Positions 38,275 to 49,305 are shown, counted from the stretch's first letter. The stretch: 64,000 bases of DNA from an uncultured Oligoflexales bacterium (GCA_964404325.1 CAYOJQ010000003.1:64857-128856); one strand, 5' to 3'. Notes: generated from the letters alone by a model not told the origin. Program-made: numbers and translations.

Positions 38275-39103
38275 CATAATCATGAGCATCGTGAGTATTT
38301 TTCTGGGAACTCGTGAAGGGCGCGCTTATCCTCTTCAGCCGCAAAATCCCGTTTCGGAAAATGTAGCCGCTCCCATCACAGCGGGGGTGTCATTTGATCA
38401 GAAACTAGATGGAGCGGTTTCGGGAAAATATCTTTTGCAAAATGAAAGTGGGAAAGCCGTCCAGCTTCAAGACTTCTATAACGAAAAACCAGTGATTTTG
38501 GCGATGGTCTACTACGGCTGTCCAAATTTGTGCACGATGGTTTTGAATGGGCTTTTCAAGGTCCTTGAAGAGTTGCCGTTTAACGCCGGGAAAGATTTCA
38601 ACGTTCTTCTTGTGAGCATTGATCCAAATGAAACTAGCGCGCTCGCGTCGGAAAAGAAAAACGCGTACCTTAAACGTTACCATCGCGCCGGGGGCGGGGA
38701 CGGGGACGGGATTCACTTCTTAACGGGTGATGCGTCAACCATTAAGTCTCTCGCGGATGCTGTTGGCTTTCGTTATCGCTATGATGAAAAATCAAAACAA
38801 TTCGTGCACCCCAGCGGGCTTGTGATTCTCACGCCGGAAGGGCGGATCTCGCGCTATCTCTACGGAATAGAATACCATCCCAACGATCTTCGTTTGGCTT
38901 TAACGGAAGCCTCGGCCCATAAAATTGGATCCTTGACGGAGAAGTTTTTACTTCTTTGCTATCACTACGATCCCTCAACGGGAACCTATGGCTTTGCCAT
39001 TATGAAAGCGCTGCGCATTGTCGGAGCTCTCACGGCTGTGGCGATGGCCGGGGGTATTGCGTGGATGCTGATGAGTGACAAAAGCCCGCGGGTGTCACCA
39101 TGA
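38255..39103 (+). CDS. SCO1/SenC copper chaperone (thioredoxin fold)
   Basis: The ATG at 38255 follows AAGGAAAGGGGG. CxxxC motif in VILAMVYYGCPNLCTMVLNGL and a conserved FVHPSG His region. An additional C-terminal TM helix is present. Confidence 0.85.
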   Translation: MSSLPLNIIMSIVSIFLGTREGRAYPLQPQNPVSENVAAPITAGVSFDQKLDGAVSGKYLLQNESGKAVQLQDFYNEKPVILAMVYYGCPNLCTMVLNGLFKVLEELPFNAGKDFNVLLVSIDPNETSALASEKKNAYLKRYHRAGGGDGDGIHFLTGDASTIKSLADAVGFRYRYDEKSKQFVHPSGLVILTPEGRISRYLYGIEYHPNDLRLALTEASAHKIGSLTEKFLLLCYHYDPSTGTYGFAIMKALRIVGALTAVAMAGGIAWMLMSDKSPRVSP

Positions 39104-40038
39104 AAGACTGGTTGTCCCTTTTACCGGAACAAGCCTCCACGTTGGCTCATCGTGTGGATGCCATCATCTATACGTTCTTCGGCATTGCGGGACTAGCCGT
39201 CTTTTTGATCGCGGGCGCCGTTATTTTTTTCTCGGTGCGTTATCGACGATCAAGACGTCCCGATACACCGCCGAAAACACGCACCGTGTTGGCCGTGGAA
39301 GTGGTGTGGACGACTGGTCCTCTCCTTGTTTTTCTCTGTTTTTTTGCTTGGGGCGCAAAAGTTTTTCTCGAACAGTTTTCGCGAGCACCCAGTAACGCCT
39401 ATCAAGTGTTCGTCTTGGGGAAACAATGGATGTGGAAATTTGAGCATCCGAATGGGCGACGGGAGATTAATGAGATTCACCTACCGATCCATCGTCCGGT
39501 GGAGTTCGTTATGATCTCGCACGATGTCATTCACAGCGCGTTTGTGCCAGCCTTTCGTTTGAAGCACGATGTTCTACCCAACCAATATACCAAGATGTCG
39601 TTCGAACCATCGCGCGTGGGGCGATTCCACCTTTTTTGCACACAATACTGTGGCACGAACCATTCCGTTATGACGGGTTATGTTGTGGTTCAGGCACAAA
39701 AAGATTTCGAAGAGTGGCTGAGCACGACGCAGGGACAAAATTCGCCGGCAAGCATGGGGAAGGCGCTCCTGGGAACGCTGCAGTGTGTCGCGTGTCATAA
39801 AACAGGATCATCCGAAACGGCGCCGCCGTTGGAAGGACTTTTTGGAAAAAAGGTCTTTCTTTCAACCGGTGAGTCGGTCGTGGCGGATGAAAATTACATT
39901 CGGGAGTCAATTCTGGACCCCAGTGAAAAAATCTCGGGATTTTTTCGTAACGTGATGCCGTCTTATCGAGGAGAAGTGACAGAAGAAGACCTGATGCATC
40001 TGATCGCCTACCTCAAATCCGTGCGAGCACAACCATGA
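39100..40038 (+). CDS. ctaC: Cytochrome c oxidase subunit II with fused C-terminal cytochrome c domain (caa3 type)
   Basis: Two N-terminal TM helices, a CuA site (VIHSAFVP ... [12 protein letters not shown]) and a C-terminal CVACH heme-c motif. Confidence 0.9.
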   Translation: MKDWLSLLPEQASTLAHRVDAIIYTFFGIAGLAVFLIAGAVIFFSVRYRRSRRPDTPPKTRTVLAVEVVWTTGPLLVFLCFFAWGAKVFLEQFSRAPSNAYQVFVLGKQWMWKFEHPNGRREINEIHLPIHRPVEFVMISHDVIHSAFVPAFRLKHDVLPNQYTKMSFEPSRVGRFHLFCTQYCGTNHSVMTGYVVVQAQKDFEEWLSTTQGQNSPASMGKALLGTLQCVACHKTGSSETAPPLEGLFGKKVFLSTGESVVADENYIRESILDPSEKISGFFRNVMPSYRGEVTEEDLMHLIAYLKSVRAQP

Positions 40039-41669
40039 GCATTTCAAAAAGTTTACCGACACCACACTATTTAAGCAGCGGGCACACCCTGCGTTCTTGG
40101 TTGTTCACCACCGATCATAAACGCATTGCGCTTCTTTATCTTATCAGCATCACCTTTTTCTTTGCCATTGGGGCCGCCACGGCGGGACTTTTTCGTCTGG
40201 ATCTTCTCACACCCGAAGGCGATTTGTTCCAAGCGGATACGTACAATCGCCTGTTCACTGCCCATGGCATTGTGATGATTTTTCTTTTTCTGATCCCATC
40301 CATCCCAGCGACTCTTGGGAACTTTCTCATACCATTGATGATTGGCGCCAAGGATCTCGCATTCCCTCGCTTGAACCTTGCCAGTTGGTATTTGTACATG
40401 ATCGGTGCGTTTCTGATTCTTGTCGCCATCACGAGCGGTGGCGTGGATACTGGCTGGACCTTTTACACGCCTTACAGCAGCATGTACTCCAATAGTCGTG
40501 TTGTGTTGGCCATCACGGGTATTTTCTTCGCCGGTTTTTCATCGATTTTTACTGGACTGAATTTTGTCGTGACGACACATAAGATGCGTGCGCCGGGCCT
40601 TACATGGACGCGCCTGCCACTGTTTGTGTGGTCCATGTATGCCGCTAGTATAGTCATGATTTTGGGGACGCCGGTGGTGGCGATCACACTATCCATGGTC
40701 GCCGTGGAGCGATTGACGGGAATTGGCATCTTTGATCCCACGCGTGGTGGAGATCCCGTTCTCTTCCAGCATTTGTTCTGGTTTTATTCGCATCCAGCCG
40801 TATACATCATGGTTCTTCCATCCATGGGTGTGGTCAGTGAAATCGTTCCCTGCTTCTCGCGTAAGAGAATTTATGGTTACACCATGATTGCCTTTTCGAG
40901 CCTCGCCATCGCGGTGTTTGGTTTTCTCGTTTGGGGGCATCACCTGTTCGTGTCGGGGCAATCCGTCTACGCTGGGCTTGTGTTCTCGGTCCTTAGTATG
41001 GTCGTGGCCGTGCCGTCCGCCATTAAGGTGTTTAACTGGACAGCCACCCTTTATAAAGGATCGACCGCTTACAACGCGCCGATGCTTTACGCCTTAGGCT
41101 TTATTGGGCTCTTCACGATTGGTGGGTTGACCGGTGTCTTTGTCGCGACTCTGGCGCTCGATGTCCATGTGCATGACACGTATTTTATCATCGCTCATTT
41201 TCACTACATCATGGTGGGCGGCGCCGTTATGGGCTACTTCGGCGGACTGCATTTTTGGTGGCCGAAAATGTTTGGGCGCATGTACCCCGAGGGCTTGGCG
41301 AAACTTTCCGCGGTGGTGATCTTCATCGGCTTTAACCTGACATTTTTTCCGCAGTTTATTTTGGGTTTGGAAGGAATGCCTCGTCGCTACCACACTTACG
41401 CGCCCGAATTTCAGGTGCTGAATGTTCTATCAACCGCAGGCGCAAGCATCCTCGCGGTGGGCTATGCCATACCCCTTTCTTATCTTCTTTGGAGCATTCG
41501 GCGCGGCGCTCTCGCGGGCGCGAATCCGTGGAACGCGACGGGGCTTGAGTGGCAGACTCCTTCGCCGCCGCCAACCTTGAACTTCGATGAGATTCCAATC
41601 GTGACGGAGGATGCCTACGCTTACGAAACGAGAGAGGTGCCGAATGACACATCCGCACGCATTTCCTGA
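40035..41669 (+). CDS. ctaD: Cytochrome c oxidase subunit I
   Basis: [49 protein letters not shown] and HFHYIMVGG are all canonical heme-copper oxidase subunit I segments. Confidence 0.97.
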   Translation: MSISKSLPTPHYLSSGHTLRSWLFTTDHKRIALLYLISITFFFAIGAATAGLFRLDLLTPEGDLFQADTYNRLFTAHGIVMIFLFLIPSIPATLGNFLIPLMIGAKDLAFPRLNLASWYLYMIGAFLILVAITSGGVDTGWTFYTPYSSMYSNSRVVLAITGIFFAGFSSIFTGLNFVVTTHKMRAPGLTWTRLPLFVWSMYAASIVMILGTPVVAITLSMVAVERLTGIGIFDPTRGGDPVLFQHLFWFYSHPAVYIMVLPSMGVVSEIVPCFSRKRIYGYTMIAFSSLAIAVFGFLVWGHHLFVSGQSVYAGLVFSVLSMVVAVPSAIKVFNWTATLYKGSTAYNAPMLYALGFIGLFTIGGLTGVFVATLALDVHVHDTYFIIAHFHYIMVGGAVMGYFGGLHFWWPKMFGRMYPEGLAKLSAVVIFIGFNLTFFPQFILGLEGMPRRYHTYAPEFQVLNVLSTAGASILAVGYAIPLSYLLWSIRRGALAGANPWNATGLEWQTPSPPPTLNFDEIPIVTEDAYAYETREVPNDTSARIS

Positions 41670-42297
41670 GCCCTTACACGAACGTTTTTGGGATCTGGAG
41701 CAGCAAAAAGAAAGCTCCATCGCGGGAATGTGGATTTTTCTCGGCACGGAGGCACTCTTTTTCGGTGGACTCTTTGCTGGTTACGTTGTGTTTCGATATT
41801 TGTATCCAGAGGTCTTTTCTCATTTCGGTCAGGAGATGGATTTGCGCCTCGGCACCATTAACACGGCAGTTCTCCTTACCAGCAGTCTGACCATGGCTCT
41901 CGCGGTGCGCGCGGTCGCATACGGCCTGCGAAAACAATTCGCGCTGATGTCTTCCCTGACTGTTTTACTGGGAGCGATATTTCTCGGGGTGAAGTTAATC
42001 GAATGGCACGAGGAGTATTTGAAAGGACTTGTTCCGGGACCCCTCTATCACTACTCGGGACCCTATGCGCCGAAAGGTGAATTATTCTTTTCCCTGTATT
42101 TTCTTATGACAGGATTGCACGGCATTCACGTTTTGATCGGTATCGTTCTTATCGCTGTTTTAGCGGCGATCACTCTGAAACGAAAACATATCGAGGAGCA
42201 TAGCACGCGCATTGAGACACTGGGGTTGTATTGGCACTTTGTCGACCTGGTGTGGATCTTTCTTTACCCCTGCTTTTACCTCATACCAAAACTATGA
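41644..42297 (+). CDS. ctaE: Cytochrome c oxidase subunit III
   Basis: [20 protein letters not shown] and [18 protein letters not shown]...[13 protein letters not shown] are typical subunit III segments. I chose the ATG at 41644, inside track ORF 41611..42297. Confidence 0.9.
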   Translation: MTHPHAFPEPLHERFWDLEQQKESSIAGMWIFLGTEALFFGGLFAGYVVFRYLYPEVFSHFGQEMDLRLGTINTAVLLTSSLTMALAVRAVAYGLRKQFALMSSLTVLLGAIFLGVKLIEWHEEYLKGLVPGPLYHYSGPYAPKGELFFSLYFLMTGLHGIHVLIGIVLIAVLAAITLKRKHIEEHSTRIETLGLYWHFVDLVWIFLYPCFYLIPKL

Positions 42298-42599
42298 AAA
42301 CAACCAACGATCCCATTTACACATTTGAAGAGCCATCGGTGTTGGCTTATTGGGGCACGTACGTCGCGCTCATCATTTTGCTGGTCGCTACTTTTGTTCT
42401 CGCGGAAATCGATCTCGGAATATGGCACACACCCGTGGCCCTGCTGATTGCACTCATCAAAGCGTGTTTGGTGATGTGGTTTTTTATGCATGTGCGTTCC
42501 AGTCAGAAGCTGATCTTATTGATGTTTGGCGCCGCGTTGATCTTGATGTCGATTGGGGCTTTTTTGACCATGACTGACTATGTAACCCGCGCGGGATAG
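42294..42599 (+). CDS. ctaF: Cytochrome c oxidase subunit IV (bacterial CtaF/CoxIV family)
   Basis: The ATG at 42294 overlaps the ctaE stop (ATGA). It has three TM helices, and LIALIKACLVMWFFMHV is typical of this family. Confidence 0.75.
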   Translation: MKTTNDPIYTFEEPSVLAYWGTYVALIILLVATFVLAEIDLGIWHTPVALLIALIKACLVMWFFMHVRSSQKLILLMFGAALILMSIGAFLTMTDYVTRAG

Positions 42600-42681
42600 G
42601 GCGGACGAAAAAAATCCTCAAGAAAAAAGGGGAGTCTGCCGATAAGGAGGCCGGGCTCTTGCGCCCAAATAGAGGTTTCTT

Positions 42682-44064
42682 ATGCGGTTTCTTTTGTTAT
42701 GTCTCGTCGTTGCATTTGCGGGCTGTGGCGAGGATGGTCTTAAAAAACGAGCGCCACAGATCTTTCAAGATGGCAGCAAGGGTGGAGGTGGGTCTCCGGA
42801 AAACCCATCCACCGGAGATGCGGATGCCAGCCCTCTTCTCGGAACAAGTGCCGGCAAAGAGCTTCTTCCTCTTAAGATCACTCTTCCTTCCGTGGACTTA
42901 TATTTCAAAAAAGAATCAATCCCGGATGGCGCCATCCTTGCCGCCAACGAACGGGAATTTTTGTGGCTGCCGCAAAAGGGACAAGCGGGAACCTTTAAGC
43001 TTGATGTTCTTGACGCCGCTGGAGCGCCAGCGCGTTACGAAGTAAGTATTGCCACCATGCGTGATGATGAAATCGCGGTTGGACCCAGCGCATGGTATGC
43101 GGACGGTGATGTCGGATTTTTATTTGTTCACGGCATGGCTCAAACGGATATTTGCGCGGATGGCGACAAAGGATGGAGCCAGTGGAGCGGCTTGGCGGAT
43201 GTTCTTTCGCCACGCAGGGACCTGAATTCGCCGATCTGTTATGATGGCCGCGCGCGTGTGGATTCTCAGGCCAAAAAAGTCGCGAAACAAATTCTCGATG
43301 CTCCGTGTGGCATGTATGGCCGTTGCGTGGTCGTCACGCATAGTATGGGCGGATTGATGCTTGAGTATATTCTGTTGCGCGCACGAGATGGTGGAAACAC
43401 CACGGCGGAGGACCGGGCGCTTTACCGCTCCGTGCGCGAAAAGGTTGCTTTCGTGGTTTCGATCGCATCCGCGGCCGGAGGCTCTAAGGTCGCCAATATC
43501 GTCATCAATCCCGATCGATACCCCAATGCCACGCTACTCGCGAGTGTGGTGAAGCCGTTTTTGGCTAGCGGCGACGCCATTCAAACCTTACAGATCGACT
43601 ACGCGACTCACGTGGGCGCGCCGATTGACATTGATCCCGGTGTGCCCTTCTTTATGGTTCCCGGTTACTCAACGGACGAAGGAATCGGTGCTGAAACATT
43701 TAACGGCCAATATGAATTTGGTGTTATTGACGCTCAAGCAGGGTTTCAGTCGCGCAGCGATGGTTTGGTGAGTTTCCGCAGTTCGTGTGGTGTCGCGAGC
43801 GATAAGGAAGATGATGGTCCCGGACGATACACGGGTCTCAGTGGTCAATATCAATATTGCTTTGGCGCGCCCAAAAAACCATCGCATCACCCGTGGTTTT
43901 CCATCAACCTCAATCACACGCTGATTCAACAGCCAGTTGGGTGTAGCGATTCTCTTTATGGCTGCGTGGTGCACAAAGCCAAGCCTGGTGGGGGATACGA
44001 AGCGAGTCCTGAATTGACGGGTAAGGATGTGCCGCATATTATGCGACGTCTGATTTTTCGTTAG
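42682..44064 (+). CDS. Lipoprotein with an alpha/beta-hydrolase (lipase/esterase-like) domain
   Basis: Lipobox LVVAFAGC and a nucleophile-elbow motif VVVTHSMGGLMLEY (GxSxG-type, HSMGG). No closer family assignment. Confidence 0.55.
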   Translation: MRFLLLCLVVAFAGCGEDGLKKRAPQIFQDGSKGGGGSPENPSTGDADASPLLGTSAGKELLPLKITLPSVDLYFKKESIPDGAILAANEREFLWLPQKGQAGTFKLDVLDAAGAPARYEVSIATMRDDEIAVGPSAWYADGDVGFLFVHGMAQTDICADGDKGWSQWSGLADVLSPRRDLNSPICYDGRARVDSQAKKVAKQILDAPCGMYGRCVVVTHSMGGLMLEYILLRARDGGNTTAEDRALYRSVREKVAFVVSIASAAGGSKVANIVINPDRYPNATLLASVVKPFLASGDAIQTLQIDYATHVGAPIDIDPGVPFFMVPGYSTDEGIGAETFNGQYEFGVIDAQAGFQSRSDGLVSFRSSCGVASDKEDDGPGRYTGLSGQYQYCFGAPKKPSHHPWFSINLNHTLIQQPVGCSDSLYGCVVHKAKPGGGYEASPELTGKDVPHIMRRLIFR

Positions 44065-44078
44065 GACGGGACCGACGC

Positions 44079-44411
44079 ATGGCAAATAATGAGAACCGCC
44101 TGGTTTATTCCACCAGTGGACAAACCCATACATCCCAAACAAAATCTTCTGGTCCCGTGGATCCAAGCACAGTGACCGCCGTCATGCGCATGGAGAAAAG
44201 TGGTCGCGGTGGCAAAACGGTAACCGTGATTGATAAATTGCCGGCGGTTGAAGACTTTTTGAAAGCGCTCGCGACAGAGTTGAAGGGAAAATGTGGCACG
44301 GGCGGAACCTACGGCCATGACGGTCAGGTGGGGCGCGTCGAGATTCAAGGCGACAAAAGAGAACAGCTCCGCAATCTGCTGGAAAAGAAAGGTTTTCGCG
44401 TCAAAGGCTAG
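44079..44411 (+). CDS. yciH: Translation initiation factor SUI1/YciH family
   Basis: LVYSTSG...RMEKSGRGGKTVTVI..L......LKALATELKGKCGTGGT......VEIQGDKREQLRNLLEKKGF is the canonical YciH layout. Confidence 0.85.
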   Translation: MANNENRLVYSTSGQTHTSQTKSSGPVDPSTVTAVMRMEKSGRGGKTVTVIDKLPAVEDFLKALATELKGKCGTGGTYGHDGQVGRVEIQGDKREQLRNLLEKKGFRVKG

Positions 44412-44500
44412 AAAAGCCTTCTCGTGGTGCATTTCCCATTGCCTATAACCGCCTTCACTATTACGATCCCCCATCATTCGTTTTAACCGGGGGGAGTCCC

Positions 44501-45436
44501 ATGAAGAATAAATGGCTAAGCGCGATATTCTTTTCTTATTCAAGCATTCTATTCGCACAATCACCACTCGTTCCAGAACTCGGTACGGGAACATTAGTCC
44601 CAGTCCCACAGGATCTCCTCGACGATACTTATCGCATCGGTGACGAATGGGGTAAGAAGCGCGTTGAAGAAGAAGATCTTAATCGCTCCCCACAACTTCG
44701 TATGATCGCAACAGCAACTGGTATGCTGAACGGCGCGACCAGTTTCTACATTGGCGACTACGAGGGATATCACGTCGTGGCTTCCAACAACCACGTGTGC
44801 CCCACAAGCTGTCTCGGTAAAAGCGTGCGTTTTCCCATTTTGAATTTTAGCGCCAAGGTGATCAAATTCTTTGGCACATGGACTGATATCGATATGTCTT
44901 TGATGGCGATCGAACTCACGGATGAACAAGCGGCCGCATTGAAGCCTTTCGCGCGACCTTTTGATTTTAATCGGGCTATTGAGACCGGTGAGGAGCTTAT
45001 CACCGTTGGTTTTGGTCGCGGTGATAACCCCAACGGTTATCTCGTTGCCAACGAAGACAGTGATTGCAAAGTTTTCTCCGGTAAAGACGAATTCCGCTTT
45101 ATGCGCGATCCGGATGAACTGAATCCTGGTCGTTATGAGGTTTGGTCTTTTGCGAATGGCTGCGATGTTTCCCATGGTGATTCTGGATCAGCGATGGTTG
45201 ATCGTCAGAGCGGTAACGTCATCGGCATAGTCTGGACAGGCCGTATTCCCAAGTCAGAAAAGGTGCAGCACTCAGACTATCTCGATAACATGCTGGCGAC
45301 TCATAGTGAGGAAATCTGGAAAGAACTCACTTATGCGGTCCCTGCCGCGAAGATTCGCGAATTTCTCCGCGTTGTGTTAACAGGGGGGGCATTGGATGCC
45401 GAGTCCAAGGCCGTCATTGATGCTGTGATTCAATAA
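44501..45436 (+). CDS. Secreted trypsin-like (S1) serine protease
   Basis: Signal peptide MKNKWLSAIFFSYSSILFA. The H-D-S triad is in the expected order (NNHVC ... DIDMSLMAI ... CDVSHGDSGSAMVD). Confidence 0.7.
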   Translation: MKNKWLSAIFFSYSSILFAQSPLVPELGTGTLVPVPQDLLDDTYRIGDEWGKKRVEEEDLNRSPQLRMIATATGMLNGATSFYIGDYEGYHVVASNNHVCPTSCLGKSVRFPILNFSAKVIKFFGTWTDIDMSLMAIELTDEQAAALKPFARPFDFNRAIETGEELITVGFGRGDNPNGYLVANEDSDCKVFSGKDEFRFMRDPDELNPGRYEVWSFANGCDVSHGDSGSAMVDRQSGNVIGIVWTGRIPKSEKVQHSDYLDNMLATHSEEIWKELTYAVPAAKIREFLRVVLTGGALDAESKAVIDAVIQ

Positions 45437-45445
45437 GTGATAAGA

Positions 45446-45469
45446 GGGTGGCTGAAGCCACCCTTTTTT
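45446..45469 (+). terminator. Rho-independent terminator
   Basis: gggtggc tgaa gccaccc followed by TTTTTT. Confidence 0.85.
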
Positions 45470-45487
45470 GTGTGAAGGTTTGAGTGC

Positions 45488-46597
45488 ATGGAGCCCTTTA
45501 AGAACTGGCTGAACGAAAAAGCCGCCACTCGTATGGCTCAAGCTCTCCACCGCGCCGATCCGAACTTCTCATCGCGAGATTTTTTGCGAGATCTACCTGC
45601 CGCCCTTGAACCTTTGGAGCTTAAAGGGCGCATGATTTTTCTCGCTGACCGGTTGCAGTCCCTGCTGCCCCAAGATCCCAAAAAATCATTCCCGATTCTA
45701 ATGGACGCTCTTCGTCGCGACGAGAGTGACGAGGTCGGACTGTCCGGCTTTCAAGTATGGCCGTTAACGCATGTCGTGGCGAAGTTTGGACAAGATCATT
45801 TTGATCTATCCATGAAGGCGCTTCATGCGATGACGCAAGTCTTCACTGCGGAATTTGCCATTCGGCCGTTCTTAATGAATCACGAGACGAAGACACTGAA
45901 AACACTCCGCGCTTGGACAAAGGACCCTTCGGAGCATGTGCGTCGCCTTTCTTCGGAAGGATCACGCCCCCTTTTGCCGTGGGGCGAGAAGCTGCCGCGT
46001 TTTGTGCAGGACCCCGAGCACACGTGGGAGATTCTAAACACGCTTCGCCTTGATTCCTCTGAGTATGTGCGAAAGTCGGTGGCCAACCACCTGAATGATC
46101 ACACCAAAAATCATGGTGATTGGGTGGTGAAGAAACTGAAGACGTGGCGGACGGAGGCGGGAGATAATGCCCAACTCGCGTGGATTATCCGCCATGGAAC
46201 ACGGACCCTGGTTAAAAAGGGTCATGTGGGCGCCCTCGCGCTGCACGGTGTTAAACCCGGGGTGATTGAGGTCAAAAAATTGAGGGTTCTCACCCCGAAA
46301 GTGACCTTGGGTGAGTTTTTGACGGTCGAAGTAACGATCAAGAATAAGGGAGCGCGAGGCGCAAACGTTGTGGTGGATCACCATCTTTCTCTTCTAGGAG
46401 CGCGAGCGCAGCAGCGAGCAAAAATTTTAAAAGGAAAAAAACTGCGGCTGGCGGCCGGTGCTATGGAAAATCTCACCATGCGTGTGCGAATAAAGGCTGT
46501 AACAGTTCGCTCGTATTATGAAGGAAAACAGGGTTGGTCTGTTTTGGTGAATGGCGTTCGTTCCAAAGAATTGCCGTTTTATCTCGAAATACCGTAG
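45488..46597 (+). CDS. DNA alkylation repair protein, AlkC-like (HEAT-like repeats plus a C-terminal Ig-like domain)
   Basis: EPFKNWLN, FAIRPFL, SEHVRRLSSEGSRPLLPWG and YVRKSVANHLND match my memory of conserved AlkC/alkylation-repair segments. The C-terminal about 100 aa look like a beta-sandwich. Confidence 0.7.
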   Translation: MEPFKNWLNEKAATRMAQALHRADPNFSSRDFLRDLPAALEPLELKGRMIFLADRLQSLLPQDPKKSFPILMDALRRDESDEVGLSGFQVWPLTHVVAKFGQDHFDLSMKALHAMTQVFTAEFAIRPFLMNHETKTLKTLRAWTKDPSEHVRRLSSEGSRPLLPWGEKLPRFVQDPEHTWEILNTLRLDSSEYVRKSVANHLNDHTKNHGDWVVKKLKTWRTEAGDNAQLAWIIRHGTRTLVKKGHVGALALHGVKPGVIEVKKLRVLTPKVTLGEFLTVEVTIKNKGARGANVVVDHHLSLLGARAQQRAKILKGKKLRLAAGAMENLTMRVRIKAVTVRSYYEGKQGWSVLVNGVRSKELPFYLEIP

Positions 46598-46605
46598 GGG
46601 ATTTT

Positions 46606-46887
46606 ATGGAAAAGATGTTTCGTATTGTTGGCATTTTGGAAGGATTGTCTTTTTTGTTGTTGCTCTTCATTGCGATGCCACTGAAGTACATGTTCGATGA
46701 ACCGCTTGCCGTGACTTACTTGGGACGAGGTCATGGCTTTCTTTTCCTCGCTTACGTGGCTTTGGCTCTGAACCTCACGGTTGCTGGAACCTGGCCGACG
46801 AAACGTCTGTTAGGTGCGATCCTTGCCGCGGTATTGCCTTTCGGTCCGTTCGTATTTGAGAAAAAATTCCTACCGGCAAAACGTTAA
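46606..46887 (+). CDS. DUF3817-type small membrane protein
   Basis: The ATG at 46606 gives MEKMFRIVGILEGLSFLLLLFIAMPLKY...GHGFLFLAYV...LPFGPFVFE, the conserved DUF3817 pattern, with 3 TM helices. Confidence 0.65.
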   Translation: MEKMFRIVGILEGLSFLLLLFIAMPLKYMFDEPLAVTYLGRGHGFLFLAYVALALNLTVAGTWPTKRLLGAILAAVLPFGPFVFEKKFLPAKR

Positions 46888-46907
46888 TTTTACGCGTGGA
46901 GTCAGAC

Positions 46908-48569
46908 ATGGCCTGTAAAAAAATCTTTTTACTGCTGCTGTGTGGTTGCAGCGCCCCCGCGTGGGGAGCTGCCGACTCCATTTTCGTGAATGGCTCCATT
47001 CTAACGATGGATACGAAGCAGCCGGAGGTGCGTGCCATTGCGGTGGAGAATGGAAAAATCACCGCGCTGGGCGATGAGGGCAACGTGCGCGCGCAGGCGG
47101 ACGCCAAGACACGCGTTGTGGACCTCAAGGGTGCGACTCTGATGCCTGGATTTGTGGAAGCACACGGCCACATGTTTGGTTTGGGGCGTAAGAGTATCGA
47201 TCTTGATCTCAGCGATACAAAAAGTTTGGACGAGGCGAAAAAGAAGATTGCCGCGCGCGTCAAAACTTTAAAGCCAGGACAGTGGCTTGTTGGGCGTGGT
47301 TGGGATCAAAATCTTTGGCCGGATAAAAAATTTCCCGATGCCAATGATCTCTCCTCAATAACACCAAAGAATCCTGTATTTTTAACTCGCGTGGACGGAC
47401 ACGCCGCGTGGGTCAATGGCGTGGCGTTAAAGAAGGCCAATATCACCCGCGAAACAAAAGATCCTCATGGCGGTCGCATCCTCCGACGTGCCGACGGAGA
47501 GCCCTCGGGTATTTTTGTCGATGAAGCGATGGGGCTCGTGCGGAAAGTAATGCCACCGTTGAGCGAAGCGGAAATGCGCGAAGCGCTCGCGGCAGGTATG
47601 CGCGAGGCTGTGGCTCAAGGTATCACCACGTTTCATGATGCGGGAGTTGGCGGTGACATTCTTCGTGCTTATGAAGACATGGCCCAGAAGAAACAATTAA
47701 CGCTGCGAGTTTATGCGATGGTTGACGGCAGTCAGCCTGCTTTGTTGACGAAATACTTTCAGCGCGGACGCGTGAATGTTGACGACGTATTTTTTGTTCG
47801 TGGCGTAAAACTAATGGTGGACGGCGCATTGGGATCAAGGGGCGCCGCTCTTATCGATGATTATGCCGATGAGCCTGGGCACAAAGGGCTTTTGATTTTG
47901 GATGAGAATGAGGTGACCGCGATCACGTCGCGCGCCCTTGCCGCCGGTTATCAGGTGGCGAGTCATGCGATTGGTGATCGTGCCAACCATGTTGTTCTCA
48001 ACGCCTATGAAAAAGCTTTAAAAGCTGAGAAAAAGAATGGCGACGAGAGCCGTCTGCGGGTTGAGCATGCGCAAATCATCGCGCCGGATGATGTTCCTCG
48101 TTTTAAGAGGCTGGGTGTGATTGCCTCCATGCAACCGATTCACGCGCCGTCCGATAGCCCTTGGGCGATCAATCGTCTCGGAAAAGAACGATTTATGGAG
48201 CGTGCTTATATTTGGCGCCGTCTTCTTAATGCGGGGGCGCATCTTGCCGCTGGCTCGGACGCACCGGTGGAGCCCGTTTCACCTATATGGGGTGTGCATG
48301 CTTTTGTCACGCGTGCGAATGCGGAAGGACTTCCATCGGACGGATGGAATCCGCCTGAGAAGCTGACGTTGGCGGAAGCTTTGCATGCTTACACCCACGA
48401 AGGAGCCTATGCCGGATTTATGGAACAAGAGACTGGACTCCTTAAGAAAGGGTATGCGGCCGATCTTGTTCTTTTCGATCGCGATCTCCGGACGACAAAA
48501 CCGCAGGATCTGCGAAACGTCAAAGTGCGCATGACCATGATGAACGGGCATATCGTTTATCAAGATTAA
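46908..48569 (+). CDS. Amidohydrolase-family metallo-hydrolase (YtcJ-like), probably a lipoprotein
   Basis: A GGAG RBS sits 6 nt before the ATG at 46908. Lipobox-like LLLLCGC. Also present are GFVEAHGHM, VDGHAAWVN, ASHAIGDRA and GSDAPVE metal-ligand segments. Confidence 0.8.
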   Translation: MACKKIFLLLLCGCSAPAWGAADSIFVNGSILTMDTKQPEVRAIAVENGKITALGDEGNVRAQADAKTRVVDLKGATLMPGFVEAHGHMFGLGRKSIDLDLSDTKSLDEAKKKIAARVKTLKPGQWLVGRGWDQNLWPDKKFPDANDLSSITPKNPVFLTRVDGHAAWVNGVALKKANITRETKDPHGGRILRRADGEPSGIFVDEAMGLVRKVMPPLSEAEMREALAAGMREAVAQGITTFHDAGVGGDILRAYEDMAQKKQLTLRVYAMVDGSQPALLTKYFQRGRVNVDDVFFVRGVKLMVDGALGSRGAALIDDYADEPGHKGLLILDENEVTAITSRALAAGYQVASHAIGDRANHVVLNAYEKALKAEKKNGDESRLRVEHAQIIAPDDVPRFKRLGVIASMQPIHAPSDSPWAINRLGKERFMERAYIWRRLLNAGAHLAAGSDAPVEPVSPIWGVHAFVTRANAEGLPSDGWNPPEKLTLAEALHAYTHEGAYAGFMEQETGLLKKGYAADLVLFDRDLRTTKPQDLRNVKVRMTMMNGHIVYQD

Positions 48570-49303
48570 CTTTTTCTTCGCTCCACCGGAGGGAACGAAA
48601 AAGCGCATTCCAACGGGATGTGATCCGAAAGGCCTAGATGAAAGTTATGGATTTTCGGATGCGCCAACTCCAATCGCAGATTGCGAAAATAAATGCGATC
48701 CAATGGAAGAAGAGGAAGGTAGGCAGGGTAAGTTCTGGCGTAGGAGCCCGTGCTAACGACCATGGCCTCTTGTAACCGCATGGTTTGCGCATAAGGTTTG
48801 ACGTCTCGTTTGCGCCAATCATTGAAGTCACCTGCAACAATCAGCGGAGCGGTGCGCTTGATATTTTTTTCCACATAAAGTGACATCTCCTTTAACTGAT
48901 GATGCCGTTCATAACGAACCAAACCAAGATGCACACAAATCACATGCAAAATCATGTTGTTCATTTTTAATTCCGCGTGGAGAAATCCACGGCGCTCGAA
49001 CGGAAGTAAAGAGATGTCAACATTGCGATAGCGCATGATGGGGAAACGACTCAGAATCGCGTTTCCCTGCGCCCCTTCAGGAAAGACGGCATTTCGTTCA
49101 TAGATCTGAAAGTCCCAATTGTTGTCACAAAGCTGTTCCAATTGCTGTTCTGACACACCGTGCCTTTGCCACACTTCTTGAAGGCAGACAATATCGGCCC
49201 CCGATGTTTTAAGAAGAGAAGCGATACCTTGTGTTATATCGACCCGACGGAGTGCGCTGAGACCCTGGTGAACGTTGTAACTCAGGACTTTCAGCATCAT
49301 CAC
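48566..49303 (-). CDS. Endonuclease/exonuclease/phosphatase (EEP) family protein, YbhP-like
   Basis: LKVLSYNVH, DIVCLQEV, AGDFND and LSDHIPL are the EEP catalytic segments. It lies directly downstream of a cardiolipin synthase gene, as ybhP does next to clsB in E. coli. Confidence 0.8.
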   Translation of the reverse strand: MMMLKVLSYNVHQGLSALRRVDITQGIASLLKTSGADIVCLQEVWQRHGVSEQQLEQLCDNNWDFQIYERNAVFPEGAQGNAILSRFPIMRYRNVDISLLPFERRGFLHAELKMNNMILHVICVHLGLVRYERHHQLKEMSLYVEKNIKRTAPLIVAGDFNDWRKRDVKPYAQTMRLQEAMVVSTGSYARTYPAYLPLLPLDRIYFRNLRLELAHPKIHNFHLGLSDHIPLECAFSFPPVERRKS

Positions 49304-49305
49304 CC

